DNA from: an uncultured Gemmatimonadales bacterium
GTDB lineage: Bacteria; Gemmatimonadota; Gemmatimonadetes; Gemmatimonadales; GWC2-71-9
Length of the DNA: 64,000 nt
Assembly: GCA_963821525.1 (NCBI GenBank)
Contig: CAWGED010000005.1
Location: 640,001-704,000 of the forward strand
Reading direction: 5' to 3'
Numbering within the stretch: the stretch's first letter is position 1; each line of letters opens with the position of its first letter. Shown piece by piece: positions 9,311 to 21,380 of this stretch. The position numbers and the translations under genes are program-made. Below the pieces are notes generated by a model. It saw only the letters and a program-made list of their open reading frames with translations. It had not been told where the DNA came from and searched no databases.

Positions 9311-10567
9311 GTGTCATCCATCGAACTCCTCACCGTCGGCACCGAGCTCCTCCTCGGCTTCACCGTGGACACCAACTCGGCGGAGATTGGTCGTACTCTC
9401 GCCGCGGCTGGAGTCAGCGTGGCCCGTCGTACCACGGTGGGAGACGATGCCGCGGCAATCCGGGACGCCGTATCAGCCGCCCTCGCGCGATCTGGAATCG
9501 TGTTGGTCACTGGTGGCCTCGGTCCCACCGCTGATGATGTCACCAAGAAGGCGGTGGCCGAGCTGTTTCAGGCTCCGCTCGAATTCCAGCAATCCGTCTG
9601 GGATGCGCTCGTCGCGCGATTCGCGCGCATGGGCAGGGTGCCTTCGCCGGCCAATCGCTGTCAGGCCGAAGTGCCCCGTGGCGCAACTGTCCTTCCCAAT
9701 CGGTGGGGAACCGCTCCCGGACTGTGGCTGGAGGGATCGCCTGGAATCGTGATCATGCTCCCGGGTGTCCCCCATGAGATGCGCAACCTGCTCACCCACG
9801 AAGTACTGCCCCGGCTCGCGTCGCGGGCAGGCAGCGGAGTGGTGCGCTCGCGGGCGGTACGGACGTGGGGTGTTCCCGAGTCCAGTCTCGCCGAGAAGTT
9901 GGACGGCGTCGAGGGTGATATTGCTCCCCTCTCGCTCGCCTACCTGCCCGGAATCAACGGCGTTGATCTGAGACTCACTGCGTGGGACCTTCCCGCGGCG
10001 GAAGCGGATGAGCGACTCGGGGCAGGGATCAAGCGGTTGCATGGCAGGATCGGTGATCCGGTCTATGGAGAGGACGAGGATGACCTCGCGGCATTGCTGC
10101 TCGACCAGGCCCGACGGCTCGGCCTCTCGATCGCGACCGCCGAGTCATGCACCGGTGGGCTGGTGGGGGCGCGGCTCACGGAGGTGCCCGGCAGCTCGGA
10201 GGTGTATCTCGGCGGAATCGTGGCCTATAGCAATGCGGCGAAGGTGGCGGAATTGAACGTCTCCGCGCAGCTTATCGTCGAGCATGGTGCGGTGAGCGAA
10301 CAGGTGGCACGCGCGATGGCTCACGGTGCGACACAGGTATTCGGCGCTGATGCCGCCATGAGCGTCACTGGTATTGCGGGGCCGGGCGGCGGAACCGCGG
10401 AGAAACCGGTCGGATTGGTTTTTGTAGCATCCGCGTTCGGCGGTGAGACTACCTGCACTCGCTACATGTTCCCCGGCAGCCGGGATGATGTCCGCGGGCG
10501 GGCGGCTCAAGCCGCGTTGTTCCAGCTCTGGCGACTCCTGGAAGGAGTGAGCCCGTCACCAGGGTGA
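9311..10567 (+). CDS. cinA: Competence/damage-inducible protein A (MocF + PncC domains)
   Basis: VGTELLLGFTVDTN, GGLGPTADD, TAESCTGG, TGIAGPGGGT-EKPVG. Confidence 0.93.
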   Translation: MSSIELLTVGTELLLGFTVDTNSAEIGRTLAAAGVSVARRTTVGDDAAAIRDAVSAALARSGIVLVTGGLGPTADDVTKKAVAELFQAPLEFQQSVWDALVARFARMGRVPSPANRCQAEVPRGATVLPNRWGTAPGLWLEGSPGIVIMLPGVPHEMRNLLTHEVLPRLASRAGSGVVRSRAVRTWGVPESSLAEKLDGVEGDIAPLSLAYLPGINGVDLRLTAWDLPAAEADERLGAGIKRLHGRIGDPVYGEDEDDLAALLLDQARRLGLSIATAESCTGGLVGARLTEVPGSSEVYLGGIVAYSNAAKVAELNVSAQLIVEHGAVSEQVARAMAHGATQVFGADAAMSVTGIAGPGGGTAEKPVGLVFVASAFGGETTCTRYMFPGSRDDVRGRAAQAALFQLWRLLEGVSPSPG

Positions 10568-10633
10568 CGGTCAGCCCGCGCTCGAAGGTTGCCATTCCCG
10601 ATGGTGAGATCCTACTTACCGACACGAGATCCC

Positions 10634-11303
10634 ATGGTCCACGTGCACCCGCACGACCCGCATCGCTTCGGAAGCATTGCTCGATCCGGCAGACCGGATC
10701 TCGGAGGTGCTCTTCGGGGTCATCATGGTACTTACGTTTACCGGATCACTCAGTGTCGCCGAGGCGGGACAGGCTGACGTGCAGGAGATGCTGCGCGGCG
10801 CGCTGGGTTGCAATATCGCGTGGGGAATCGTCGACGGCTTCATCCTCGTAATGTTCCGGGTGGCCGAACGGCGCCGGACATACCTCGTCGGGCGGGCGGT
10901 CCGCGAGTCCGGCGACGGAGCCGCCGCCATCCAGGCCTTGAGGAACTGGCTGCCAAGCGAGGCGGTGGCGTTAATGGAGCCGGCCCATCTCGACCACATG
11001 ATCCGGAAGGTGCGCACCCTGCCGCAACCGCCGGCTCCCCACGTCAATTGGAGTGATCTCGGTGCAGCTGGCGTCGTGTTCCTGCTGGTTTTTCTCTCGA
11101 CCCTCCCGCTGATCGCACCCTTCGTGTTCATGACCGAGATTCACCGGGCGCTGCGCCTCTCCCACGCCATCGCCCTCGTGATGCTCTTCGTGCTCGGAGC
11201 CGCCTATGGGCGAACTACCGGCCAACCAGGCCTGCGGGCCGGCATCTTTATGGCAGGTTTCGGCGTCGTGCTGGCGGTGGTGACTCTCCTGCTCGGGGGT
11301 TGA
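10634..11303 (+). CDS. VIT1/CCC1-like membrane protein (indel near 5' end)
   Basis: LDP-DRISEVLFGVIMVLTFT, CNIAWGIVDG; about 5 TM helices. Confidence 0.65.
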
Positions 11304-11309
11304 ACTCGG

Positions 11310-12398
11310 TCATCCGACCCCTGGGGTCGCGGCCGGCTCCTTCGCCGGACTCGTTTGCTCCGGGTCCTCGGTTACCCACCACACGAGCAGAGTGTAGGTA
11401 ACCGCGAGAACCACCGGGCCCACGAAGATCCCAATCAGTCCGAAACCAATCAATCCACCGATCACACCCAGGAAGACGAGCGGGAGGGGCAGGTCGGCTC
11501 CCCGCTTGATGAGGATGGGCCGAAGGATGTTGTCCATGGTGACGCATACCAGGGTCCAGAGAAGGAACAGCGTGGCCTTTCCCGTTTGGCCGGTGGAGTA
11601 CATCCAGAAGACGGCGGGGAACATGACGAGGGCCGGTCCCACCTGAGCAACACAGAGCAGAAAGATGACGGCGGTGAGAAACGCCGCTTGTGGAATACCG
11701 AACAGCCACAGGCCGAGCCCGCTCAGCGCTGTCTGCAAGATCGCGGTGACTACCACTCCGAATGCCACACCACGGATAGCCTGTCCCGCCAGGACGACCA
11801 CCCGGTCTCCTCGCTCGCCGGCCAGGCGCTCGGCGAATCGTCGAACCCCGTAGGCCGCGATCTCTCCATTGGCGTAGAGGATTCCCGCGGCTATCACGAT
11901 CACGATCAGTTGGACTACCAGTGCCAGGAAGCTGCCGGCCTTGCGGCCCAGCCAGGCGGCGATGGGCTGGAGGTAAGGCTGAATCTTGGTGCTAAGGTCC
12001 ACCTGGCCCGAGGAAACCTCTCGCCACGCCGCATCGATCTTGGTGCCAACCATTGGCACCTTTTGCACCCAGGCCGGCGGAGGAGGTACCGTAATGTTGT
12101 TGAGCTGTCCCGATTGCAACTCTCCCACACGGCCGGCGACGGAACCAACGGCCAGCCCGATCGGGACCGCAAACAGCAAGAACAAGGCGAGCGTCATGCC
12201 GGTAACGGCGAGTGCCCGCTTCCCCCAAAGGCGTCGCTGAAGACTGATGAGCACTGGCCAGGTCGCGACCACGATCATCGTTGCCCAGATCACCGCGCCC
12301 AGCAGCGGCTGCACGATGAAAAGGGACGAAATCAACAGGAAGAGGATCGCGACGACCGCGATCGTCGTGCGGGGAAGTTCGCGGTTGGGCGCTGTCAT
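11310..12398 (-). CDS. AI-2E family transporter (YdiK-like)
   Basis: WATMIVVATWP, DNILRPILI, GVIGGLIGFGLIGIFVGP. Confidence 0.9.
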   Translation of the reverse strand: MTAPNRELPRTTIAVVAILFLLISSLFIVQPLLGAVIWATMIVVATWPVLISLQRRLWGKRALAVTGMTLALFLLFAVPIGLAVGSVAGRVGELQSGQLNNITVPPPPAWVQKVPMVGTKIDAAWREVSSGQVDLSTKIQPYLQPIAAWLGRKAGSFLALVVQLIVIVIAAGILYANGEIAAYGVRRFAERLAGERGDRVVVLAGQAIRGVAFGVVVTAILQTALSGLGLWLFGIPQAAFLTAVIFLLCVAQVGPALVMFPAVFWMYSTGQTGKATLFLLWTLVCVTMDNILRPILIKRGADLPLPLVFLGVIGGLIGFGLIGIFVGPVVLAVTYTLLVWWVTEDPEQTSPAKEPAATPGVG

Positions 12399-12618
12399 GA
12401 TCGCTCCGTGTGGATCCCGGGGTTAACTACCTGGCGAAGTGTCCGCGGGCCAAGTCGCGAGAGGCGGCTGCCCACTACACATACAGTCCGAAGGATGCCC
12501 GCGCCAGCAGCCCTCTAGGGCAACGCTTGCCCCCTGTGCCAGCTTGGCCTACTTCTCGGCACCTTCCGCGCGCTGCTATCTTTCGGTGCAAAGTGGGACT
12601 ACCTCGAGAGTGTAACTG

Positions 12619-13197
12619 ATGAAGAAACCAGATGTTAGGAATCAGGAAGCGGAGGCCGATCCTCCCCCCGCCGAGGCGGAGAATCCGCCCGAGACTGCCG
12701 TAGGGGCGGTTGGGCTTCCCGCTGAATTGAGTGAAGAGGCCGTCAAGCGGCTGGAAGACCAACTCGCCGAATTGCGCGACCGGCATGTTCGCCTCGCCGC
12801 CGAGTACGACAATTTCCGCAAGCGCGCCGCCAAGGAGCGGATCGAACTCACCGATCGGGCCCAGGCTGCGCTGGCAGGGAAGCTGCTCGACGTGCTCGAT
12901 GACCTGGACCGGGTCGAGAGCGGCGGCCAACTAAGTGAGAACGACGTAGTGCAACAGGCCCTCATTCTGATCGAGAGAAAACTCCGGAAGGAACTCGAGG
13001 CCGCGGGTCTCGAGCGGCTCGACCCTGTCGGTATGCCGTTCGATCCGAGCCTGCACGAGGCGGTCTCTGTCGTTCCCGCGCCCGATCCTTCTAAGGATCA
13101 CACGGTAAGCGCCACCTTTCAGGCTGGGTATCGCTTCAAGGGATCGCTGCTCCGTCCGGCGCGAGTCCAGGTCTTCTCCAGCGAAGGACACGTCTAA
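12619..13197 (+). CDS. grpE: Nucleotide exchange factor GrpE
   Basis: RLAAEYDNFRKR, FDPSLHEA, GY..LLRPARV. Confidence 0.95.
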   Translation: MKKPDVRNQEAEADPPPAEAENPPETAVGAVGLPAELSEEAVKRLEDQLAELRDRHVRLAAEYDNFRKRAAKERIELTDRAQAALAGKLLDVLDDLDRVESGGQLSENDVVQQALILIERKLRKELEAAGLERLDPVGMPFDPSLHEAVSVVPAPDPSKDHTVSATFQAGYRFKGSLLRPARVQVFSSEGHV

Positions 13198-13199
13198 AC

Positions 13200-14294
13200 G
13201 TGGCGAAGGACTTCTATCAGGTCCTCGGCGTCCCGGACACGGCGACTCCCGAGGACATCAAGAAGGCCTATCGGCGACTCGCCAAGCAGTATCACCCCGA
13301 CGCCAATCCCAGCAACCCGTCGGCGGCTGACCGCTTCAAGGAGGTTTCCGAAGCGCACACCGTTCTTTCGGATGCGGAAAAGCGCAAGCAGTACGATGCG
13401 ATGCGACGGTATGGCGCATTCGAGCCGCGCGCTCCGGGTGGCGCCGGTCGCAGAAGCGGTGCGCCCGGCGCAGGACCCAGCGTTGAAGAGTTCGATATCA
13501 ATGACCTCGGCGGTCTCGGTGGTCTGGGGGACATTTTCTCCTCGATCTTCGGCCGGAGCCGCCGCGATGAGCCGGTCACTGAAACGCTCGAGACGGTAGT
13601 TGAAATTCCGTTCCGGGTCGCGGCTCTCGGTGGGAAGGTCCCGGTGACGCTGCCGGTCAATGAGACTTGTTCCGAGTGCGGCGGGAGTGGCGCCGCGAAG
13701 GGCGCCAGGCTGCAGACCTGCCCGGAGTGCAACGGCCGAGGCACCGTGACTTTCGGTCAGGGAAGCTTCGCGGTCAGCCGGCCGTGTCCCAAGTGCCGGG
13801 GCCGCGGCAAGATCCCCAGTACGCCATGCCCGGTCTGTCATGGCGCCGGGGAAACTCGAGTAGAGCGTCAGGTCGTCATCACGGTTCCTCCCGGCACCGA
13901 AACTGGAACGCGCATCCGTCTCAAAGGTCAGGGTGGCTCACCTCGTCCGGGCGAACCTCCGGGAGACTTGCTCGTCACGTTCCAGGTTCAACCCGATCGC
14001 TTCTTTCACCGCGACGGGCTCGATCTGGTCTGCGAGGTTCCGATCAATGTCGCCCAGGCAGCGCTGGGAACCCGGCTACGGGTGCGGACCCTCGATGGGA
14101 AGAAAGTCGTCCTGAAGGTTCCGGCCGGCACTCAGCCCGGCAGGAAATTCCGGATCAAGGGTCTGGGCTTGGAGAAGGGTGGCCGCCGGGGGGATCAATT
14201 GGTGCAGGTGCAGGTCGAGGTACCCGAGCGCCTGACCGCGGAGCAGGAAGAGCTGTTCAAGAAGTTCGCCGAGGCGACAGACCTCAAGTACTAG
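13200..14294 (+). CDS. dnaJ: Chaperone DnaJ
   Basis: J domain with HPD; four CxxCxGxG repeats. Confidence 0.95.
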   Translation: MAKDFYQVLGVPDTATPEDIKKAYRRLAKQYHPDANPSNPSAADRFKEVSEAHTVLSDAEKRKQYDAMRRYGAFEPRAPGGAGRRSGAPGAGPSVEEFDINDLGGLGGLGDIFSSIFGRSRRDEPVTETLETVVEIPFRVAALGGKVPVTLPVNETCSECGGSGAAKGARLQTCPECNGRGTVTFGQGSFAVSRPCPKCRGRGKIPSTPCPVCHGAGETRVERQVVITVPPGTETGTRIRLKGQGGSPRPGEPPGDLLVTFQVQPDRFFHRDGLDLVCEVPINVAQAALGTRLRVRTLDGKKVVLKVPAGTQPGRKFRIKGLGLEKGGRRGDQLVQVQVEVPERLTAEQEELFKKFAEATDLKY

Positions 14295-14300
14295 CCGCTC

Positions 14301-16451
14301 TCAGCGTCGAGGCGAACTCGCCGCTCGCAGGACGGTTTCCATCGCGGCACGCATCGGCCAGCACCCGATGGGTGCCGCGTTCGTCCTCAACGGATGAAGG
14401 CTGACGCTGGGTATAGGCTGCCATCCGGACCCAGCACCCAGGCTTGCCGGTTGTCTGCCCACATCAGGGAAAGCAGGTCCCTGAATCGTCGCCGCGATGG
14501 GTCGGATCTTCCACCGGCACCACCGCCTCGATACGCCGGTCGAGGTTGCGCGGCATCCAGTCCGCCGAGCCGATGTAGACCTCCTCACTGCCGCCGTTGA
14601 GGAAGCAAAAGGCGCGAGAGTGCTCGAGGAACCGCCCAATGATGCTGATCACCCGGATCCGGTCGCTCACACCGGGCGTGCCCGGCCGGAGACAGCAGAT
14701 CCCCCGCACGATCAGATCCACCTGGACGCCCGCCACGTGACGCCTCATACAGCGGCGGTGATGATCTCCGGGTCGGTCAACGCGTTCATCTTGGCGAGAA
14801 TCCGCGCCGGAGCGCCGCTCCGTGCGTGCTGGATCTCCCGGTGGATCATCATCAGGAAGCTGTCCCGCATGCCCTTCGGCGCCACGATGAGCTTGCGGTA
14901 CTGGGTGGGCGATGCGAAACCGGTGAGCACATTGAACAGGTCGGTCAGGTCGGCGCCCAGCTCGGGATTGCAGGAGAACAGCCCGAAGTCGGTATAGAGG
15001 CGTGAGGTCTTCGGGTGGTAGTTGCCGGTCCCGATATGCACGTAGCGGCGCATGCCGTCTCCTTCGCGGCGCACCACCAGCATCACCTTGGTGTGGGTCT
15101 TGAGTCCGGCCACACCGTAGCTCACATGGACTCCCACATCTTCAAGCCGCTTCGCCCAGCTGATGTTGTTCTCCTCGTCGAACCGGGCCTGCAACTCGAT
15201 AAGTACCGCGACCTGCTTGCCTCGTTCCGCCGCCTGGGACAGCATCCGCGCGATGTTGGAATCACCGCCGGTGCGATAAAGCGTGAGCTTGATGGCCACG
15301 ACGTCGGGATCGTCCACCGCGGCCTGAATGAACCGCTCGACCGAGCTCGCGAAGCTGTCGTAGGGATGGTGGACCAGCAGGTCTCCCTCGCGAATCACCT
15401 CGAAGATGTTGCGGCCCGAAGCGAGGCGCGGTTGGGTTGCCGGATGGAAGCTTTGGTCCCGGAGGGCCGGCATGTCGGCAGATGCCAGACCGAGCAGATC
15501 CGCCGTGTCCAGCAAGCCGGCTACCTCGAAAACGTCGTCCTGAGAGAGCGGCGAACCGGCCGATTCCTGGTCGTCGTTGAATTCCGAGAGCAGCACTTCG
15601 CGGACCGAGTGGGGAAGATCCGGAGCCACCTCGAGGCGGACCACCGCGCCGAAGCGCCGGTTCCGCAGGTTCTCCTGGATCGTGCTGAGGAGATCCTCGG
15701 CCTCGTCGTGATCCACCTCGAAGTCGGTGTTCCGGGTGATGCGAAATGGAGAACAACCCAGAATTTCGACCCCCGGGAACAGCGACTCGATATTGGCGCT
15801 GATTAGCTGCTCGAGCGGCACGTAGCGCTGTGGCGAATCCAGCGGGACCCAGCGCGGGAGGATCTTCGGGACCTTGACCCGCGCGAATCGCTCTTCTCCG
15901 TCCTGTCCTCGCAGGATGACCGCGAGGGAAAGACTCAAATTCGAGATGTACGGGAAGGGGTGGGCGGGATCGACGACCAGCGGAGTCAGCACCGGGAAGA
16001 CGTTCGCCTGGAAATAGCGATCCATGGCGCGCCGCTCTTCGGGCACCAGGTCGCCGATGTTGAGGAGTGCCAGCCCCTGCCGGGCGAGGGACGGCAATAG
16101 GACGTCGTGCAGGCACCTGGAGTGCTCCCGCTGCATATCCCGCACGACGCCGCGGATCGCCTTCAGCTGCTGTTCCGGCGTCAGGCCGTCGGGGGTGCGC
16201 TCACTGTAGCCGGCTGCCAGCTGTTCCTTGAGTCCCGCCACCCTGATCTGGAAGAACTCGTCAAGGTTCGAGCTGAAGATTCCCAGGAACTTGAGCCGCT
16301 CCAGTAGCGGCGTGCGGGGGTCCAGGGCCTCGTGCAGAACCCGGCGGTTGAACTCCAGCCATGACAATTCGCGGTTGAGAAATAGCGAAGGATGGCGGAA
16401 ATCGCCCAGAGGGGCTTCGCCAGCAGGGGCGGTCAGGTGGAGGTCGGTCAC
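14301..16451 (-). CDS. ppk1: Polyphosphate kinase 1 (indels near 3' end)
   Basis: [47 protein letters not shown]. Confidence 0.95.
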
Positions 16452-16515
16452 AAGAAAAAATCTACGTTAGCCCGTCATGGGGGGCGAATCGGCGTGTAAC
16501 GGACAGGTAACGGGG

Positions 16516-16896
16516 TCACCGCTTCTCGCCGTGGACCTCCTTTTCCCCAACCGCAAGCGACAGGAACACGCTTACCAGCCCGATCAGGAGCCCGGCCCAG
16601 AAGGCAGGCCAGAAACCGTCGACTCGGAAGCCCAGATCGAACTGCGCCGAGAGCCACGCGGTGATCATCAGCAGCACCGCGTTGATCACCAGGGTGAACA
16701 GTCCCAGCGTGAGCAGCACGAGAGGGCAGGTCAGGACGGTGAGAATCGGCCGCAGGGTGCTGTTGACCAGCCCGAAAATGGCGGCAACGATCAGCAGCCC
16801 GACCGGTCCCTTGTCGTAGTGCAGCCCGTCCACGACCTGCACCGCGACGTAGAGCGCCAGGGTGTTGATCAGCCAGCGAATGAAGAGGGATCGCAT
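16516..16896 (-). CDS. 4-TM phage holin family / YvlD-like membrane protein
   Basis: GLVNSTLRPIL-VLT-P...LTLGLFTLVINA. Confidence 0.85.
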   Translation of the reverse strand: MRSLFIRWLINTLALYVAVQVVDGLHYDKGPVGLLIVAAIFGLVNSTLRPILTVLTCPLVLLTLGLFTLVINAVLLMITAWLSAQFDLGFRVDGFWPAFWAGLLIGLVSVFLSLAVGEKEVHGEKR

Positions 16897-16917
16897 CGCA
16901 GGGAATTCTCCGGCCCG

Positions 16918-18951
16918 CTATGAGCTGGGCCGGTCCTGGCGCAGGTACTGGTCCATCCAGTCGAGCACCGTGCTCCACCAGAGGCGCCGGTTTCGGAGAC
17001 CAAGGACCCAATGGCCTTCATCGGGGAAGTATAGAAACTTCGAGGGGACGTGCCGCAGTTTCAGCGCGGTGAAGGCCTGCAGTCCCTCGGAGAGATCCAC
17101 CCGGTAGTCGAGCTGGCCGTGGACTACCAGCATCGGGGTCTTCCATTTGTCGAGATAGTTGGCGGGAGACCATTTCTCCATGGTAGCCCGTCCCACCGAC
17201 GACAATTGGGTCCCACCAAACTCCCATGCCGGGAACCAGAGTTCTTCGGTGGTCCCCGTCATGCTGAGCGGATTGAGGATTCCGTCGTGCGCGACGAGCA
17301 CCTTGAACCGGTCGGTCTGGCCCGCCATCCAGTAGATCATGTACCCGCCGTAGGAGGCGCCGGCCGCTCCGATCCGGTCCTTGTCCACGTACGGAAGCGA
17401 TGAGACGACATCCACTCCCTTCATCAGGTCTTCGTAAGGCTGGCCGCCCCAGTTTCGCGAGATACTGTTGGTGAAGGCCTGGCCGTAGCCGGTCGAGCCG
17501 TGGAAGTTGACCGCCGCGACGACGTATCCCCGCGAGGCAAAGAGGGCGTAGTTCCAGCGCGCGTGCCACTGGTCGAGCCACGCCGACTGAGGGCCGCCGT
17601 GGATCAGGTAGATCAGGGGATACTGCCTGGTGGAGTCGAACGCGGGCGGCTTGATCAGCCAGCCAAACACAGAATCGCCCTGGGCGCCGACGAACCGGAG
17701 CGTATCCATCGGAGGCAAGTCCAGCTCCTCCAGGGCTGCATCGTGCACCTTCGTGAGCTGCCTCATCCGCTTCCCGTCCAGCCCGGCGATGAAAACCTCC
17801 TTGGGATGCGTCGCGGACTCGCGGAGGAACACCATGGACTCGCCGCGGACCGGGATCTGCACCGCGCTGTTGAGTCCGCCGGTGACCAGCCGAGTGCGTA
17901 CGGCCTGCCGGGACTTCGATCCGGTACAGATTGTGGCCGCCACGCTCCTCGACCTCGGCGATCACGGCACGGGAATCCGGCAGCCACTGGAAGGCCTGGA
18001 TGCTGAGATCCCACTTCGCCGTGACCGTTGCTCGACGCCCGGTTGCGCGCTCGTAGACCATGAGCTGCTGCCGGTCGGCCTCGAAGCCGGGGGTGGTCAT
18101 CGCGAGGTACGCCGATGTAGCGGCTGTCGGGCGAGTACAGCGGACTGTTGTCGTTGGCGGGGCTGTTCGTGATGCCCTGACGGCCTGCCCATCCGGCCCC
18201 ATCACGAAAATGTCGTTGTTGGTGGTCGAGGCGACGATTGGAGTCGGGATTGAAGACCACCGCCACTTCCGTCGCCACCGGAGAAATCGCCACGTCGGCG
18301 CCGCCGAGTGCGAGGGTCGGCACATCCCGGTCGATCGGCGTCAGGTCGGTGACCGTGCCGTCGGGAAGGGATACCCGGAACACGTGCTGGCGAAGTCCGA
18401 CTCGCCACTCGTCCCAGTGGCGATAGAACAGATCGGTCCAGATCTTCGCCTCGGTCGGATACTTCCCGCCGCGCTTCTCCGCCTCGGTCGAATCCGGCCA
18501 GTTCACACTGGTCCAGAAGAGCAACGCCTTGCCGTCCGGCGACCCAGAGAAATCGCCCACTCCGTCCGCGAAGCGTGGTGAGCTTGGTCGGCTCCCCTCC
18601 GCGCGACCGGCAGGCGCCAGATCTGCGAGACCGCCCTCCCGGGTGGAAATGAATGCCAGGGTCCGCCCGTCGGGGGACCAGCGCGGCGCCCGGTCGCTGC
18701 CGCCGCCGGTCGTCGCCTGCCAGGTCTCGCCGGTGGCGGCATCCGCCAGCCAGATGCGCGAGGTGGAACGATTATCCTCGAGCGACGGGGTCGTGACGGT
18801 GAACGCCACCAGCTTCCCGTCCGGCGACAGCTGCGGGTCGCCAACGGTGGGCATGGAGACGAACTGATCGATGGTAAGGGGCGTCTTGCTCTGCGCGATG
18901 GAGCTGGCCAGGCAGGACCGCCGCGAGCAGCAGGAGGGAGCGTAGTCTCAA
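16918..18951 (-). CDS. Secreted S9 (prolyl oligopeptidase/acylaminoacyl-peptidase) family peptidase (indels)
   Basis: SPDG propeller repeats, IHGGPQ, GASYGG, HGQLDYRV, DEGH. Confidence 0.92.
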
Positions 18952-20027
18952 ACGATCACCCCCCCGCCGAGCACTCGGCCCTCGGGGGAATACAGGACCC
19001 CTGACTGTCCCGGCGTGATGGCCCGAATCGGGAGTCTCCAGAGACGAGCCGGATTCGGTCATCGCTCGCGGGCGGTCACGGTCGCTGGCACCGCGCGGGA
19101 ACGATAGCGCAGCTGGACCTGGCAGCTTTCGCCGACGGGCAGCGGCTCGGACAACCAATTCAACTCGGATAGTTCGACTGTGTGGCCGAGCAGCTCATCG
19201 GCCGACCCGACTACGACCTCGCGGGTCGCAGGACGAATGGCCACCACGTACCTCGGCTCCGAGCTCCCGCCTGGCAATCCCTTCCGCTGCCCGATGGTGA
19301 ATCGGGCGAATCCCTGATGCTCGCCGAGCATTTCGCCGCTGGTGCTGACCAGCGGTCCCGGACTCAGAGCTGGGGCCTCTTCCGGCAGATTGCGCTCCAG
19401 AACCGACACGTAATCGTCGTCCGGCACGAAGCAGATCTCGACCGATTCCGGCTTGTCCGCAGTCCGCAGTCGAAGCTTCCGGGCAATGGCACGGGTTTCC
19501 GGCTTGGTGAGGCCGCCGACCGGCGTAAGCATGCGGGCCACGACGGCGCGATCGATCCCCCACAGGAAATAGCTCTGGTCCTTCGCCGGATCGGCTCCGC
19601 GGTACAGCGCGCCCTCCCGGGCGATCGCGTAATGTCCGGTCGCGATGTGCCCGCAGTCGAGCGCGTCCGCGTGGGCAAGCAGGTCGCGGAACTTGGTGAA
19701 CGAGTTGCAGCGGACGCACGGAATGGGAGTCCGGCCCTGGCTGTACTCCTGCACGAAGTTCTGAATCACGTGGAGATTGAAGCGGTCCTCCAGATTCAGC
19801 ACGTAGTGCGGGATGCCCAGCTTGTGGGCGACGTCCTTGGCGTCGTTGATCGAGTCGAGCGAGCAGCAGGGACGGTCGGGCACCGAATCGCCGTAACAGA
19901 ACAGCTTCATCGTGGCGCCCACCACGTCGTAGCCCTGCTCGACGAGAGCGGCCGCCGCGACAGAGCTGTCCACCCCGCCCGACATCGCGACGAGCACTCG
20001 GTTGTCCCTGCGAATGCGATTATGCAC
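18948..20027 (-). CDS. mnmA: tRNA 2-thiouridylase MnmA (indel near 3' end)
   Basis: [43 protein letters not shown]. Confidence 0.95.
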
Positions 20028-21198
20028 GACCGAGCGCCTCCGAAAGCTTGCGGACCTTGCGAACCACGGTCGGGAACACCTCGGCGGCACGATCAACTTC
20101 GGCTTCGGTGGTTTCGTGTCCAAGACTGAACCGCAGCGCGCCCAGAGCGAGTTCTCGGGGGACCCCCATCGCGGTCAGGACGTGGGACGGTTCGACTGCT
20201 CCCGTCGAGCAGGCCGATCCCCCCGAAGCGGCTACACCGGCGAGGTCCAGGTGCATGAGCAGCGCCTCGCTGTCGGCTCCAGACACCAGAACATTCAAAA
20301 TGTGAGGAGCACGCTCGGCCGAATCGCCGCAGACGTGCAAATCGGGAACGCCCTCCCGCAGCTTGCCGAGCAGGCGGTCACGCAGAGCTTGCATACGAGC
20401 GACGGTCGAGTCGAGTTCCGCCACCGCGAGGGCAGCGGCGCGGCCCAGGCCAACGGCACCGGCGACATTTTCGGTGCCGGGCCGGATGCCAAACTGCTGG
20501 CCGCCGCCATGGATGATTGCTTCGAGGGCCTTCCGCTCCCGGACGACCAGCGCACCCACGCCCTTGGGCGCTCCGATCTTGTGTCCGGAAATCGTCAGCA
20601 TGGTGCAGGGGAGTTCGGCAAATCGGATGGGGATCTTCCCGAATGCCTGGACGGCATCGGTGTGCATGAGTGCGCCGGCTTCGGAACATCGTGCCGCAAT
20701 CGACGGGACCGGCTGTACCGTCCCGACCTCGTTATTCACCCACATTACGGAAACCACCGCCGGATGCTCGCGCAGCGTCTGGCTCAACGCGTCCGGTTCG
20801 ACCCGCCCCCCGTTGTCCACCGGCAGGATGCGCTCTTCTCCTCCCAGCTCCTTCACTGCATGGGCGGCGGCCAGTACCGCCTTGTGTTCGGTCGCGCAGA
20901 CCGCGGCGATCATCGGCTGTCCCCGGTGGCGGGCCGCCAGACAGGCGCCGATCACCGCCAGATTGTCCGCCTCGGTGCCGCCGGAAGTGAATACGACCTG
21001 CCCCGGGTCCGCTCCGAGCGCCTCGGCAACCTCCCGCCGGGCCTGTTCCAGTCCCGCCCGGGCGATGCGACCAAAGCGGTGCGAGCTCGAAGGATTCCCG
21101 AAAGCCCCCGCTCCCAGGTATGGCAACATCGCCTCCAGGACCTCCGGCCGAACCGGGGTCGTGGCGGCGTGATCGAGGTAAATGGGGCTGTGCGACAT
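20020..21198 (-). CDS. iscS: Cysteine desulfurase (IscS/NifS group I)
   Basis: [30 protein letters not shown]. Confidence 0.93.
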   Translation of the reverse strand: MSHSPIYLDHAATTPVRPEVLEAMLPYLGAGAFGNPSSSHRFGRIARAGLEQARREVAEALGADPGQVVFTSGGTEADNLAVIGACLAARHRGQPMIAAVCATEHKAVLAAAHAVKELGGEERILPVDNGGRVEPDALSQTLREHPAVVSVMWVNNEVGTVQPVPSIAARCSEAGALMHTDAVQAFGKIPIRFAELPCTMLTISGHKIGAPKGVGALVVRERKALEAIIHGGGQQFGIRPGTENVAGAVGLGRAAALAVAELDSTVARMQALRDRLLGKLREGVPDLHVCGDSAERAPHILNVLVSGADSEALLMHLDLAGVAASGGSACSTGAVEPSHVLTAMGVPRELALGALRFSLGHETTEAEVDRAAEVFPTVVRKVRKLSEALGRA

Positions 21199-21224
21199 GG
21201 GGAGGGAAAATAGCCGTGAACCAT

Positions 21225-21380
21225 GGGAGACGGGAGACAGGAGACGGGAGACGGGAGAGGCGAAGCTGTCATTCCGAGCAAAGCGAGGAATCCCGATGCC
21301 AAGATCGCCCTTGGGATTCCTCGGTCGCTTCGCTCCCTCGGAATGACAGCCCTCTTCCCGTCTCCCTTCTCCCGTCTCCC
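21225..21380. repeat. Nested palindrome: (GGGAGAC)n / (GTCTCCC)n arms enclosing a REP-like GTCATTCCGAG...CTCGGAATGAC element
   Basis: Perfect inverted repeats 21265-21278/21337-21350 (14 bp) and 21284-21294/21313-21323 (11 bp) inside the heptamer arms. Confidence 0.9.

Noticed and set aside
8819..10567. Apparent PgsA-CinA fusion ORF (582 aa)
   Set aside because: Produced by an indel near 9220; pgsA has its own stop at 9282-9284 and cinA a GTG start at 9311
12550..12616. CIRCE operator upstream of grpE-dnaJ
   Set aside because: Only half-site-like matches (GGCAC, GAGTGTAA) without the 9-N9-9 geometry
12619..14294. grpE-dnaJ without dnaK as unusual
   Set aside because: Split chaperone loci are common; dnaK is probably elsewhere in the genome
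16516..16896. Prophage, suggested by the phage holin family gene
   Set aside because: This family is commonly chromosomal; no other phage genes nearby
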